64,000 nucleotides of DNA from a virus (taxonomy: Duplodnaviria > Caudoviricetes). Within the stretch, counting starts at the first letter, position 1, and every line of letters starts with the position of its first letter. Below are positions 1 through 10,015 of this stretch, in pieces. The position numbers and the translations under genes are program-made. The notes below the pieces were generated by a model. It was not told where the DNA came from, ran no database searches, and saw nothing but the letters and a program-made list of their open reading frames with translations. The DNA lies in IMG/VR virus record IMGVR_UViG_3300013121_000005, positions 224,001 through 288,000 of that record; one strand, 5' to 3'.

Positions 1-225
1 AACAAGCAACCTCCAGAGTACATCATGCAGTTCTTCACCTTCGAGCACTTGCCTGAGCACCTCAAGGTAGTGTCGCGCCAATTTGCGGAATTGGCAGAAC
101 GTATGGTGAGCACCTTGCCGCGTAACCCAGAGCGTACGGTTGCTCTTCGTAAGCTCTTGGAAAGCAAAGACGCGGCTGTGAGGGCTGTCCTTTCAAAAGA
201 GGTTTCCGAATCCGAAAGTAAGTAG
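1..225 (+). CDS. small helical-hairpin phage protein, possible Acb2/Tad1-like nucleotide-signal sponge (may be 5'-truncated)
   Basis: Frame open from base 1; FxFxHLP...PRNPERTVALRKLLESKDAAVRA resembles the Acb2/Tad1-type hairpin (from recall). Confidence 0.45.
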   Translation, partial: NKQPPEYIMQFFTFEHLPEHLKVVSRQFAELAERMVSTLPRNPERTVALRKLLESKDAAVRAVLSKEVSESESK

Positions 226-235
226 CTGGAGTAGC

Positions 236-583
236 TTACCCCAGCTTGCCTTCCCAGTAGCGGGCGAACAGAGCCGCCAAACCATCCGCTACCCGGTTCG
301 TGAACTCATCCTGTTGACGAGTCATCACGTCCAGACTGTCGTCCCCGAGCCAGACCTCCAGGTGCCGCCCCTCCCAGCCTGGCTCTGGCTCCAGCTTGAC
401 CAAGGGGGAGACAGCAACCCGTTGAAGCGGGTTGCTGTGCTTGCCTACCAAGGTGACGAAGAACCGATCCTTGACCCACCTGATCTCGGTGGCTGTCTCA
501 GCGAAGAAGTCTTCTAGGACGAGTTGAGCTTCTTGGCGTGTAGGCTTTTTCCCACCCCACCGCACATACCGATCATAAGCCAT
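236..583 (-). CDS. hypothetical protein
   Basis: ORF; start reassigned to ATG 583, 9 nt after GGTGTA. Confidence 0.65.
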   Translation of the reverse strand: MAYDRYVRWGGKKPTRQEAQLVLEDFFAETATEIRWVKDRFFVTLVGKHSNPLQRVAVSPLVKLEPEPGWEGRHLEVWLGDDSLDVMTRQQDEFTNRVADGLAALFARYWEGKLG

Positions 584-606
584 ACCTTCAAATACACCGT
601 TGGGGA

Positions 607-1284
607 TCACTCCTCTTCACTGTCGAGAGTGATCCCCTCATCGGTTACCTTGGCTAAATCCACCAAGTTCGCAGACTTTTTCTTGGCTGAGGGCAGATAG
701 TTCTTCCGATGGACTTGGCAAGGTCCGAGCTTCTCTATGGCTTTGAGATGAGCTGGAGTCCCATACCCAACATTTTCTCCTAGGCCATACCCAGGGTACC
801 TCAGAGCCAGCTCTCTCATATACTGATCGTGAGTGAACTTCCCAATGACGCTGGCAGCCATGACAGCGGGGACGATTCCGTCTGCTTTAGGGAAGTTGAT
901 ATGGTCAATCCCAGGAAGAGTGACATTACCATCTAGGATGATAAGGGCATCAGGGTACCTTTCCTGAAGGTTAAGGACCACGGTTCTGTAGCAGCGGTTC
1001 AAAGCATTTATGACCCCTAAGTCTATCTCCTCTGGGTGCGCCATTTCAATCGCATAGGGGACGATTTCGCGAAGTCGGTAGAACAACTCTTCGTGTTTCT
1101 TCTTTCCGATGTTCTTGGAATCATCAAGCCCTTTCAAAGGGGGCCAGTTAGGAGGTACAGCTACAGCACATACAACTAAGGGTCCGGCCAGACTACCGTA
1201 TCCGCATTCATCTGCTCCAATAATCTTAGACCGGCCCTTAGCCAATTCTTTCCAGTCAGGGATCTTCAGAATGTCTTTACTCAA
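607..1284 (-). CDS. rnhB: ribonuclease HII
   Basis: GADECGYGSLAGP, LDDSK, ILDG, KAD, AASVIGK, GYGT and HR motifs. Confidence 0.93.
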   Translation of the reverse strand: MSKDILKIPDWKELAKGRSKIIGADECGYGSLAGPLVVCAVAVPPNWPPLKGLDDSKNIGKKKHEELFYRLREIVPYAIEMAHPEEIDLGVINALNRCYRTVVLNLQERYPDALIILDGNVTLPGIDHINFPKADGIVPAVMAASVIGKFTHDQYMRELALRYPGYGLGENVGYGTPAHLKAIEKLGPCQVHRKNYLPSAKKKSANLVDLAKVTDEGITLDSEEE

Positions 1285-1700
1285 GCCAATTTACCCCCAT
1301 GAAGCTTAGCTCTGCCCGAATTGTAGGCCATTTTTACCGCAACTGCTTTGGCTACATCCACTCCGTGGGCTTCAGCCTTGTCTAGGATGCGAATGAGTTC
1401 GTCGGCAATCTCTTCCTCCCCATTGGTCAATGGGGGAAGACCAAGCGCAGCCATCTTTTCAGCCTTGTCGCAGGGGTTGTTGAGGGTACCATTGCGAAAA
1501 GCCTCCCAGAATTCCGATGCTTCCCCATGTTGATTAGCCGTGAAGGTAGCAGCTCGAATGAGCTGCCCAAGAGGCCCCTCCCATTGAGCATCGGTTAGGT
1601 CCTTCTTCATCTGGTCTCTGAATCCCTTGTTCTTTGCATTTTCAGCAATGTGATCACGTAGGGTGTTGAGCAATTGGAGAGCATCGGGGGTTAGTTCCAT
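1281..1700 (-). CDS. MazG-like nucleotide pyrophosphohydrolase
   Basis: HGEASEFWEA...EEEIADELIRILD...KMAYNSGR. Confidence 0.8.
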   Translation of the reverse strand: MELTPDALQLLNTLRDHIAENAKNKGFRDQMKKDLTDAQWEGPLGQLIRAATFTANQHGEASEFWEAFRNGTLNNPCDKAEKMAALGLPPLTNGEEEIADELIRILDKAEAHGVDVAKAVAVKMAYNSGRAKLHGGKLA

Positions 1701-1753
1701 AGGTAACCTTGTACACCGCCCCTTTAGGTTTCTTCTTATCTATCTTAGCGGGT

Positions 1754-2911
1754 ATGAGGTATAGAGTAGCTCGGCTTATCCGGAAAGTTGTGACTAGGTA
1801 CGTAGTTGCTAAGATGTCCATTCCGGAAGCAGAGAAGATTCTTGGGGTTCGACCTGGAGCGTCGGCTGAAGAGATCAAGGCTGCGCACAGAAAAAAGGTC
1901 CTAGAGCTGCATCCGGACTTGAATCGGGACCGTGATACCACGTCTGAAATGGCTCTAGCCAACGCAGCAAAGGACGTTCTGGAAGGACGCTCAGCCCCTT
2001 CGTATAGGGATGATGGGGGTGACGAAGAGTACTCTCCTCCCCGCACTCGTTACGAGCCACCAGAACCAAAGGTTGTTACGTTTGAGGAGGCTTACTCAAC
2101 AGCAGGTGTCCCTTCTGGAGTTGAGTGGCTGTTTGTCACGGATATGCAACGAGGTACCGGGTACTCCTCGGATGAATTCACTCGGTCTACCAATGGTCGT
2201 GTTGCTTACGGCCGCACAGGCACAAAGCATGTGTTCGTAGGTATGTGCCGTAAAGTGTACAAAGAACACTACATTGGAGGGCGTAAAGACGACGACCTGT
2301 GGTCCGTGGTCTCGTTTGAGTACCCGATCTCTGGGGATGAGGGGAAGACTCCTGCTTGGCTCTACGGTAACGTGGTGAAAACCCTTAAGGCTTCTGGGTG
2401 CGACGCCAAATTCAACTCCAAGGTCCATGACCTCAAGGGGAAGGGTTGGCATCCCAAGGACAAGGGGATGGGCTCGCTTGGGTCCACGATGTCGATCAAG
2501 CATTGGCTCGTCAACGCCGAGGAAGTAGCTGCTGACGATGAAGCGGTCGCGACCCGGAAGCAGGTCGTCGAGCTGAAAACAACTGAAGACCGTCTCTATG
2601 GGGACGAGAAACCAAAGCCAGGGTTCTTTAGAAACCCTGGCTCCGAGTGGGACACTACCTACTACAAGCTCACGCTCATCATCAACGCCAAGGAATTCGA
2701 CTTGTCGAAAGACGACTTCGCCTCTTTCATGAAGATTCGTGGGTTGTACGCTAGAGTCTTCGGGGACTACATCTATGGCTCTAAGTCCAAGATGCTCACG
2801 AGGCTAAGGGACGGTAAGAAAATCCTGGCATGGATGGCAGCGAAGTTTACCGATCTACCGCAGCAAGCCCGAGATGCGTTACTCGCTGCTTCTGCTCAGA
2901 TGAAAGGTTGA
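1754..2911 (+). CDS. N-terminal J-domain (DnaJ-like) protein with KVVTRY leader
   Basis: EAEKILGV...EIKAAHRKKVLELHPDLN; start reassigned to ATG 1754. Confidence 0.8.
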   Translation: MRYRVARLIRKVVTRYVVAKMSIPEAEKILGVRPGASAEEIKAAHRKKVLELHPDLNRDRDTTSEMALANAAKDVLEGRSAPSYRDDGGDEEYSPPRTRYEPPEPKVVTFEEAYSTAGVPSGVEWLFVTDMQRGTGYSSDEFTRSTNGRVAYGRTGTKHVFVGMCRKVYKEHYIGGRKDDDLWSVVSFEYPISGDEGKTPAWLYGNVVKTLKASGCDAKFNSKVHDLKGKGWHPKDKGMGSLGSTMSIKHWLVNAEEVAADDEAVATRKQVVELKTTEDRLYGDEKPKPGFFRNPGSEWDTTYYKLTLIINAKEFDLSKDDFASFMKIRGLYARVFGDYIYGSKSKMLTRLRDGKKILAWMAAKFTDLPQQARDALLAASAQMKG

Positions 2912-2924
2912 CCTCTCTTCGGGG

Positions 2925-3422
2925 TCAAGGGGGGTACTTAGGGAGGTCCTGAGGGGGCAGTAGAGAGGTCTTCTTCTCTCGGATCCTGTCGAGTAGAATG
3001 TTCCGGAGGGTCTGCGAGACTACTCGGTCGCGGTCGTTTTTCGTCCGCTGGTACCAATCGCTCAACTCCTCTAGAGTTGTCAAAGTATCCAACTCCATTA
3101 GCAGCCTTTTCTGTACGTCGTACTCCTGAAATTCGGCAGGAGGAGCGGTAAAGGCTTCTGAGGCTTTTGTTCGGAACTCCGGGGGTACCTCTTGGAATCG
3201 GCTGCTCAACTCTGTAACGCTTCGAGCGGCCTCCAACGACTTTTCAAAAGCTTCTCGGGTTGTGATTACCCTCTGGGGGTCTAAAGAGAAGGTCGCGTCC
3301 ATTAGGTGTCGGAATGCGTCAAGGCAGATTAGGAATGCCGTAAGCTGAGCTTGGGTCTTCAGACTTGGCATTTGGTCCCGAAGAGCTTCGGCCATCATTT
3401 GCTGCATATCTTGAGGGGGCAT
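2925..3422 (-). CDS. hypothetical protein
   Basis: ORF in co-directional array. Confidence 0.65.
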   Translation of the reverse strand: MPPQDMQQMMAEALRDQMPSLKTQAQLTAFLICLDAFRHLMDATFSLDPQRVITTREAFEKSLEAARSVTELSSRFQEVPPEFRTKASEAFTAPPAEFQEYDVQKRLLMELDTLTTLEELSDWYQRTKNDRDRVVSQTLRNILLDRIREKKTSLLPPQDLPKYPP

Positions 3423-3629
3423 TTACAGTTTCCTTTTCGTAGAGGTCTTTTCTTGTAGACACTTTGGGCAGAGCCACCCTTTTTCCCTAGTGAGTCTCCA
3501 CCCTAGTTTTTTCCAGTACTGGATTGCCTTGGACTTCAGCCCTATCGCGACTTGGTGCCATTGGAAACAGGTGCCGCACCAAACAGTGAACTCGTTCGAG
3601 ATGTACCCCTTACTCATCTTAGCCCTCAA
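3423..3629 (-). CDS. small Zn-binding protein
   Basis: CGTC...WLCPKC. Confidence 0.55.
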   Translation of the reverse strand: MRAKMSKGYISNEFTVWCGTCFQWHQVAIGLKSKAIQYWKKLGWRLTREKGWLCPKCLQEKTSTKRKL

Positions 3630-3928
3630 GATACCGGCTTTGGTTTTACTTTACCAAGGAGACGTGCCTTGTACCTGTCGGCAAACCCGTCTGCATTCGG
3701 AACCCCAAAAGCTTGGGCGTAATTACGCACCACCCCTCGCATCAACTCGATTGCAGAGGCCGGGTTCTCTACGACCCGCATACAAGGTCGGCAGTAGTAG
3801 TACACTTCTTGGGGATTTGTCTCTCCCAATTTGATCAGGTTGGCACGCTCTGCTTTCGTTGGCTTGAACGCCCTGCAAACTTGCTCATCCCTCTTACGAT
3901 TGCATATCGCGCAAGAAACCTTCGCCAT
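3626..3928 (-). CDS. Zn-finger hypothetical protein
   Basis: CAIC...CRPC. Confidence 0.6.
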   Translation of the reverse strand: MAKVSCAICNRKRDEQVCRAFKPTKAERANLIKLGETNPQEVYYYCRPCMRVVENPASAIELMRGVVRNYAQAFGVPNADGFADRYKARLLGKVKPKPVS

Positions 3929-3931
3929 CTT

Positions 3932-4564
3932 TCAGCCCCTCTCGATGTACTCGTGGTACAGAGTCTCATTGATAGCATCGATAGCGATCTCCCCTTCGCA
4001 GAGTTTCGCACCTAGGAGTACAGCAGTCCCAATAGGCATAGTGAGGAATTGGAGTTTGTGGCGCCGAAGGAGCTTTTCTTGCTCCTGATGATACCTGTCA
4101 ACCACTGCCTCTCGTTGTACAATTTCTGTCTCGGTTCCAAGTCGATGAGGGTGACAGTTGAAGGGATCCCCCACTGAGTAGTAGGTCCGACAGATAAGGG
4201 GTCGTGCTTTGTAAGCACTACAGCGCTTGTTCTCGTCCAAAAGTGGACAGGGGATCAAAGCGAGTAGCCACACCTCAAATGAAACCCCGTATTGGCGGTC
4301 GGAAACTTCTTTGAGCTTTTCTCGGAGTTTTAGAGTCCATTGGTTTTGGCTGACTAGCCAACGGTAGATGAGAACCCCCTCGAAAACCGAAATGTGGATG
4401 GGGTGGTAGCAACACCAAGAGCAACCTACTGTACAGGTAACTCTCTTCTCGCCACTCTGGCGAACAGCCATGTCGAACTTTGAGGCGAGATCCGTGCGGA
4501 GAACTTGGGTCTGTCCGATGGACCCTTCAACGAGGATTGGCAATTTTCGCTTCTTAGTTGCCAT
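3932..4564 (-). CDS. YkgJ/FliB-like CxxxCxxCC cysteine-cluster protein
   Basis: CTVGCSWCC...CPLL...CSAYKARPLICR. Confidence 0.85.
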   Translation of the reverse strand: MATKKRKLPILVEGSIGQTQVLRTDLASKFDMAVRQSGEKRVTCTVGCSWCCYHPIHISVFEGVLIYRWLVSQNQWTLKLREKLKEVSDRQYGVSFEVWLLALIPCPLLDENKRCSAYKARPLICRTYYSVGDPFNCHPHRLGTETEIVQREAVVDRYHQEQEKLLRRHKLQFLTMPIGTAVLLGAKLCEGEIAIDAINETLYHEYIERG

Positions 4565-5064
4565 CAGTCTTCGTCTTTGAGTCTGCTGAATCTGGTAGCG
4601 GGTTCAGCAGGCTTTAGGTCCTTTTGAGGTAGCCTATTCCTACGTTGCGTAATTGTGCCAAATGCAGGGGGGACGGTAATCCGTACTCGGTGGGAAGACC
4701 TGTGTTGGGCTAACAGTACAGTTCCTGGCCGAAGGTTTAAAGAGGGGTTCAGGAAAATACTACCCCCATGTCGAGTCGGGTCACTTTGCATCCAAAATTC
4801 AAACGGTTCCAGTACACGGTCTCCCCCCTGTCCAGGTAGGGCAGGAATGGACAGGAGCAGGAACGGCCCTGCTCCTGTCTTTATTGGGGCCATGATTACA
4901 GGCCAATCCGTAGCAGGGTGCGCAATATGCACTAGATCCTTCGCGTCATTGAAAATCTCGCACTCCCCAGTAGTATTGACCGCATGTCCTACCTGCATGC
5001 GAAGGTCATAACTGCGGATATACCAGATAGCCCCATTGTAGCTTACGAGGTCTCCTGCTTGCAT
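4564..5064 (-). CDS. hypothetical protein with C-terminal TRFSRL tag
   Basis: ORF ends PATRFSRLKDED. Confidence 0.7.
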   Translation of the reverse strand: MQAGDLVSYNGAIWYIRSYDLRMQVGHAVNTTGECEIFNDAKDLVHIAHPATDWPVIMAPIKTGAGPFLLLSIPALPGQGGDRVLEPFEFWMQSDPTRHGGSIFLNPSLNLRPGTVLLAQHRSSHRVRITVPPAFGTITQRRNRLPQKDLKPAEPATRFSRLKDED

Positions 5065-5068
5065 TTAC

Positions 5069-5371
5069 TTACCCTAGGGGTTGGAATTGGTCTAGGATAA
5101 ACTGGATATCTGAGATTCGCTCTCTTAGTAAATCCGCAGTCTCTACTTTTGCCTGGGGTAAAGCTGCTGCGATAACAGATTGCTCATTTGAGCACAGCGT
5201 GCGAACCTCATCCCACTCATTACGTGCGCCCGCTAAAAAGGATTGCTCTACAAGTAGCATTGGCTCCCATATGTCTGGAGCTTCTTTGCTTTTTACCTGA
5301 TAGGCAAATTGACGCATCTGAGCTTTGAGGTAGCGGACAGCCGCTTGTCTAGTTCTTTCCTGGTTAGGCAC
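5069..5371 (-). CDS. hypothetical protein
   Basis: GTG start 9 nt after GGTGTA. Confidence 0.65.
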   Translation of the reverse strand: MPNQERTRQAAVRYLKAQMRQFAYQVKSKEAPDIWEPMLLVEQSFLAGARNEWDEVRTLCSNEQSVIAAALPQAKVETADLLRERISDIQFILDQFQPLG

Positions 5372-5387
5372 AACCCCGTATACACCA

Positions 5388-5421
5388 AAAAGGCAAAGAG
5401 CATCTGGGCTCTTTGCCTTTT
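5388..5421. terminator. bidirectional intrinsic terminator
   Basis: AAAAGGCAAAGAGC-atctgg-GCTCTTTGCCTTTT. Confidence 0.75.
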
Positions 5422-5445
5422 CTTTCTTGTACTTAGGAGAGGGGT

Positions 5446-6162
5446 TCAGGAGAAGGGGTTGTCACCCGCCAAGTCAATCCCTGCTCCCCGGAGGATCGCA
5501 TCCGCTACGGCCTTAGGGTCATCCATAGGGTCTTCAACCTTGGGGGGAACTGCTACTACCTTGGGGGGAACTGCTACTACCTTGGGTGCGGGGGCAGCTA
5601 CCTTAGGGGCTGCCTCAGCCTCCTCAGCCTTGGGGGCGGCAGCGGGGGCAGGAGCCACCTCCTTTGCAGCCTCCGCAGCCTTGGCCTTAGGCGCCGCCTT
5701 AGCCTTAGGCTTTTCTTCTACAGCCTCTTCGTCGTCTCCGGAAGTCTTGGGCGCCGAGTCCAAGTAGTACTGGCCCCGAGCCTCAGGATCCCGCTTGAAA
5801 ATGTCATGCTCCTTCGAGAGCGTGTACCGAATGTACCCCAGGGGGTCATCGCTCTTTGGAAGCCACCCTTTGGCTTCCAGGGCTTTGTAACAGTCCAATG
5901 CCCCCATCGTCGACTTCTTGCCCGTCGTCGAGGTCATCACGATTTGGATAGCCTCAATGAGACGAGGCACTGAGGAAGCCCCACGCTTCCCACGCTTCCC
6001 AGCCTTGGGCTTTGGTCCTGGCTTCTTCTTTCGGAGCCGGGAGGGGATTCCCCCCGCTTTCTCCAGCTCAAGAGTCACCTCTCGGTATGCCGAGAGTGCC
6101 TTGGTTTGCTCCTTGAGCAAACCAAGGAGCCGATCAATCTGAGCTACGCTTAGCTTCTTCAT
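5446..6162 (-). CDS. putative DNA-binding protein: basic region, winged-helix-like core, Pro/Ala/Lys-rich tail
   Basis: KKKPGPKPK; LIEAIQIVM...YIRYTLSK...RGQYYL; VVAVPPK repeats. Confidence 0.55.
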   Translation of the reverse strand: MKKLSVAQIDRLLGLLKEQTKALSAYREVTLELEKAGGIPSRLRKKKPGPKPKAGKRGKRGASSVPRLIEAIQIVMTSTTGKKSTMGALDCYKALEAKGWLPKSDDPLGYIRYTLSKEHDIFKRDPEARGQYYLDSAPKTSGDDEEAVEEKPKAKAAPKAKAAEAAKEVAPAPAAAPKAEEAEAAPKVAAPAPKVVAVPPKVVAVPPKVEDPMDDPKAVADAILRGAGIDLAGDNPFS

Positions 6163-6287
6163 TCTATTTGTCTCCATGTGACTCGGAAAGGCTGAGGGAA
6201 ATCTCAACCTGGAACCATCGAGGTTTCAATGTACAGTAGCCACACTGAAAATCAAGCCTCGGGTAGCACTTAAATTTTGAAACTGGT

Positions 6288-6572
6288 CTACTTCGGCAAC
6301 TTACCTAGTAAATTGATGAGCTTACGTTGATGTGGAGGGTCTTCTCCCTCCTTAAGGTTCGTGTAGTCACATCTACGCGCCTGAAAACATGTAGCTGCCA
6401 CCCCTGGACCTGCTTGGAGTCCTTCGCAATGGGAGCACATTGGGGTTCCAAAATTCAACTTAAATCGAAGTTTAGCCCCATCAAGGATAGCTTCGTGGTA
6501 TGCTGAGGTAAGCTCAACGGCAGCATTGTAGGCGAGATCAAAGTCACCTGCCAAGAATGCTCGGATGAGCAC
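6288..6572 (-). CDS. hypothetical Cys-containing protein
   Basis: GTG start after GAGGT; CSHC...CFQARRC. Confidence 0.5.
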   Translation of the reverse strand: MLIRAFLAGDFDLAYNAAVELTSAYHEAILDGAKLRFKLNFGTPMCSHCEGLQAGPGVAATCFQARRCDYTNLKEGEDPPHQRKLINLLGKLPK

Positions 6573-6583
6573 GTCGGAAGGGT

Positions 6584-6817
6584 CTACCTCTCTACGTCCG
6601 GGAATTCCCGATCGATGTCGGTTCCGGAAAGAATCCCGAGACGACGTAACGTTAGTTCCGCTTTCCCCTCGGTCATTGCTCGTTGGAGCCCCGGAAGTCT
6701 CGGGTCCTGCCTCTTTTCCGCTCGTTGGATCGTCTGTGCTAGGAGGGTCGCCCATTCGTGAGGCCCTGCTGGGTAGGGGTTCCTTGTTGCCTTGTCCTGT
6801 ATTCGTCGAGTCGTCAT
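6584..6817 (-). CDS. hypothetical protein
   Basis: ATGA coupling with the upstream stop. Confidence 0.55.
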   Translation of the reverse strand: MTTRRIQDKATRNPYPAGPHEWATLLAQTIQRAEKRQDPRLPGLQRAMTEGKAELTLRRLGILSGTDIDREFPDVER

Positions 6818-7143
6818 GGACTATCCGATAGCTGGTTAGAGTCGAATTCAGCTCTGAGGGTCTCCTCAAGTGCTATAAAGCCTTCTAGGGTAGTAGGGGG
6901 GTTAGCTCTCCCAAAAAGCTGTTGTGTTACCCATCTTTGGCGTCTTTGCTCAAGCTCCAGCCTGGCGTTAGCTTCGGCAAGCTGGGTCATAAGCTCTCGA
7001 AAGCCCTCGAAGGTCTGGGCAAACTGTTGGATCTCTTGGGCTGCTTGGGTAAAGGCAGATACTTTTTGCTGAAACCCTCCGAGCTGAAGCCCTCCGAGCT
7101 GAGCCCCCACCCTACGTTGTCTCCTAGCGGCACTGCTACTCAT
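6814..7143 (-). CDS. hypothetical coiled-coil protein
   Basis: ORF in operon. Confidence 0.6.
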   Translation of the reverse strand: MSSSAARRQRRVGAQLGGLQLGGFQQKVSAFTQAAQEIQQFAQTFEGFRELMTQLAEANARLELEQRRQRWVTQQLFGRANPPTTLEGFIALEETLRAEFDSNQLSDSP

Positions 7144-7152
7144 AGAGGACTA

Positions 7153-7488
7153 CTACCGATCTGTGGTGTTGCCACGGTAAACTGTGTAATAGGGCAAGCA
7201 ATCTGCTTTATTGAGTTGTCTTTGCAGAGCGTCATCCTCTTGTACGGTAGGTAGAAGTGGGACATCCACAAGAAGTTGCAACAGCTCCTCACAGGTGGTG
7301 ACTTTTACCAAATCCTGACGAGCTTTTGGGTTGTGTTCAAGCGTATAGACCACTTGGGCCCTACTCATAGAGTCTAGGAGACAGATGCCCCCCTCTACCC
7401 AACAGTTGTTCCGAGTATCCCCATCGCAGAGAGTAGGGGGAGGCCCTTCTCCTGTTTGACAGGGGCCACAATCATTTGGGTCACTCAT
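7153..7488 (-). CDS. hypothetical protein
   Basis: ORF in operon. Confidence 0.6.
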   Translation of the reverse strand: MSDPNDCGPCQTGEGPPPTLCDGDTRNNCWVEGGICLLDSMSRAQVVYTLEHNPKARQDLVKVTTCEELLQLLVDVPLLPTVQEDDALQRQLNKADCLPYYTVYRGNTTDR

Positions 7489-7775
7489 TAGCTGTTACCT
7501 CTCAACCATTCGACTTGGAAAAGTCTACGTTGTGTGCCTACAGAAACTCTACTGAAGAGAACCCCTCCCTTTCGACGAAGTTCCATTCTCGGGGAGGTAG
7601 AAAAGGTATTCACTCCTCCAAGAAAGGTGTTCACCTGCTGTATGAAATCTCTCATGTTTTCAGTGTGTGCAGCTTCTGCAACTTCAACCTCAGTCACATC
7701 GGGGGAATCTTCCTCCAAGGTGACTCCGAGGTCATTAAGGGTCACATGGGGTGAGGGGGGTCGCTGAGGGGTCAT
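7488..7775 (-). CDS. hypothetical protein
   Basis: Overlap-coupled ORF. Confidence 0.55.
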   Translation of the reverse strand: MTPQRPPSPHVTLNDLGVTLEEDSPDVTEVEVAEAAHTENMRDFIQQVNTFLGGVNTFSTSPRMELRRKGGVLFSRVSVGTQRRLFQVEWLRGNS

Positions 7776-8611
7776 GGCAAGATTGGAAGGCTTCGAGTAG
7801 TGTTCCGCTTTTTCTCAGATAGGGTCTTATCAGCAGCATAGCAGTACTTACAGCCCATGTTGCAACTTTCGTTAATCGTGAAGGGGTCCACCATCAGGAC
7901 GCACCCACAACCCTCCGAGGGCGGTTTCGCCAGCCCGGGCATCGAGAAGTCTTCCGGCGGGGCACAGACTCCAGAGAAGAGGTTCGGGTGAAAGCCCGGG
8001 TACTTGGCGAGGAGCCGGTCCTCGTTGCAGAGGAAGACCTGGAGCCCCCGCGACTGTCCTACCTCGGCCACCTGGGCCAAGATGTTGAGGCGTTTTTGTT
8101 CGTCCCGGGTCTCAGGCATCAGGTCGTTCTCTTGGAGGAACGACAAGTAGACGCTCTTGAGCCCCGCATGGGAAGCGAGAGCCGCGATGGACTCGAACCG
8201 CCCCACAACATCCTGGACCATCGGAACCGGGGAGAACCGCCAGGTGACGTTCTCCGAGCCGAAGACCGAGGCCGCCATCGAGAGCTTGGCCGCCCCCTCC
8301 TGGAGACTAGGAGCCCCCTTTTCAACCTCTTCCCACCCGGTCAAGGTCACGTGGATCTTCACCTTGTACCTGGAGAGCCGCTTCGCCTCAAAAATCAGGT
8401 TGGTCGGGTCTTTCGTCCAAAAGATGAGCCCGAGCGTGTCTTCTGGGTGTAACAACCATAGGGCTGGGATTGCAGTCCGAGGGTCAAACGCCTGCATGAA
8501 TCCACGATCCAACTGGGCTAGGAACCAGGCCCACTTAGCCGCTGGGACATCGGTCCACCTAGACAAGGAGTAGGGAAGTCCAGCTTTTTTACCGCTTCGT
8601 AGTAGCGCCAT
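7772..8611 (-). CDS. DUF1848 family (radical-SAM/SplB-related) protein
   Basis: SRWTDVPA, FWTKDP, WRFSP, C-terminal CNMGCKYCYA. Confidence 0.8.
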   Translation of the reverse strand: MALLRSGKKAGLPYSLSRWTDVPAAKWAWFLAQLDRGFMQAFDPRTAIPALWLLHPEDTLGLIFWTKDPTNLIFEAKRLSRYKVKIHVTLTGWEEVEKGAPSLQEGAAKLSMAASVFGSENVTWRFSPVPMVQDVVGRFESIAALASHAGLKSVYLSFLQENDLMPETRDEQKRLNILAQVAEVGQSRGLQVFLCNEDRLLAKYPGFHPNLFSGVCAPPEDFSMPGLAKPPSEGCGCVLMVDPFTINESCNMGCKYCYAADKTLSEKKRNTTRSLPILP

Positions 8612-8688
8612 GCTTTAACTTACACCGGAAGGTTGAAAGACACCCCCTTCAAACGTTGAGGGGGTGTCCCCTTCAAGAAAAGAGCTAT

Positions 8689-9519
8689 ATGATTTCCAAG
8701 TTCGTAGTCCACAAGCCTAGCAACGTCCCCATCTCATGGTGGGGTAAAACGTTCAAGGAGCCGCGTACCTTCGAGTTTCAGCCTGGGTTGAATATCTTGT
8801 GGGGACGTAATGGTTCAGGTAAGAGCACGCTCATTAAGTGCCTTGCTCGTCTGTTTCATTGTGAGCAGTCTGGTTTTCCGGTAGTGACTGAGACGTCCGT
8901 CGGAGAATTGTTCTGCCAGTGGAGGTTTTCCGAGGAGTCCCGTCATGGGGCAAAGTTGCTTTTGGATGCACTGAGCCTCACACACGATGGTCAAGGTGTG
9001 CGTTACTTCGACCCTTCGCATGCAGTTGGGCTGACAGGGGGCGGGTCAGCTTTTGACTGGGACTTTGGGATGGATGGCATCCAGAATGCATTGTTTAAGG
9101 GCTCATCTGGGCAAATTACCATGTTCCGCTCTAACCGGGTTCTGCGGGCATTGCTGGATAAGGGGGCCACTCCTCCAAAGGTTGAGTATCGGATTCATGC
9201 TTCCCAGGTCAATTCCTTGTGGGCAGAGCGTATTCACACAGTAAAGTCAATTCTGACCGGGAATTCCGAGGAGGGACCCCCTACCATCCTTTTGGATGAG
9301 CCTGAGCGCAGCTTTGATCTGCCTTACCAGTCTATGCTGTGGCAGTTTCTACGGACTATCGCCAAGAAGAATCAGGTGATTGTTGCATCTCACTCTCTGT
9401 TTGCGCTACGCATCCCAGAGGCACATTATGTGGAGATGTCCCCAAACTACCTGAAAGAGTCGTTAGAGGTTAGCCGCCGTCTACATGAAGGGTGGCCGAC
9501 GGAGCCCGGAAAGCTATGA
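8689..9519 (+). CDS. stand-alone ABC-type ATPase
   Basis: Walker A GRNGSGKS, SSGQ signature, Walker B ILLDEPE, VASHS. Confidence 0.85.
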   Translation: MISKFVVHKPSNVPISWWGKTFKEPRTFEFQPGLNILWGRNGSGKSTLIKCLARLFHCEQSGFPVVTETSVGELFCQWRFSEESRHGAKLLLDALSLTHDGQGVRYFDPSHAVGLTGGGSAFDWDFGMDGIQNALFKGSSGQITMFRSNRVLRALLDKGATPPKVEYRIHASQVNSLWAERIHTVKSILTGNSEEGPPTILLDEPERSFDLPYQSMLWQFLRTIAKKNQVIVASHSLFALRIPEAHYVEMSPNYLKESLEVSRRLHEGWPTEPGKL

Positions 9520-9965
9520 CCCAGAAAAGTCTTGCCCAAACCTATCTGTCCCTTCTGGACCAAATTAGCATTCTAGACCCTTTGGATGCTGCTTATGAGA
9601 GAGAACAGGCCAAAGCTGATGCAATTTGGAGACAACTTGACTTGGAGGGTCGGATCTATGCTGACCCTTTGACTCAAGTACCAAAGGCTGTCCAAGAAGG
9701 GTACATCAGTGTAGATGGTTGCGTGACTTCTTCCGAAGAGCACGCCCACTTCGACTTTGTAGTTAGGTTTCTCAAAGGGGCATATCCAAATCCCATAAGG
9801 GTTTCGACTACTTATCCGTGGGAGACTTTGGATGTCCTACGGCCGGACCTTTACCAAGCCATTGCAGAGGTCTTTGGTTTTACTCGATCTCAAAAGGTCG
9901 AAGTCTTCCATCAATTTCTCCACAGCTACTCTGAGCTGAACTTGACTCCAAATGCTAGAGGCTAA
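9516..9965 (+). CDS. hypothetical protein
   Basis: ATGA coupling. Confidence 0.6.
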   Translation: MTQKSLAQTYLSLLDQISILDPLDAAYEREQAKADAIWRQLDLEGRIYADPLTQVPKAVQEGYISVDGCVTSSEEHAHFDFVVRFLKGAYPNPIRVSTTYPWETLDVLRPDLYQAIAEVFGFTRSQKVEVFHQFLHSYSELNLTPNARG

Positions 9966-10015
9966 CAAATGCACCGTATTGGGATTCGTGGAGTTCCTCC
10001 CCATAGGAGGATTCC

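Noticed and set aside
6573-6869. N-terminal half of the 193-aa ORF 6288-6869
   Set aside because: Overlaps the better-coupled ORF 6584-6817 in another frame and reads as low-information sequence
7488-7560. VSVGTQRRLFQVEWL as a third capsid fragment
   Set aside because: Similarity to the recalled capsid string is too short and weak to support
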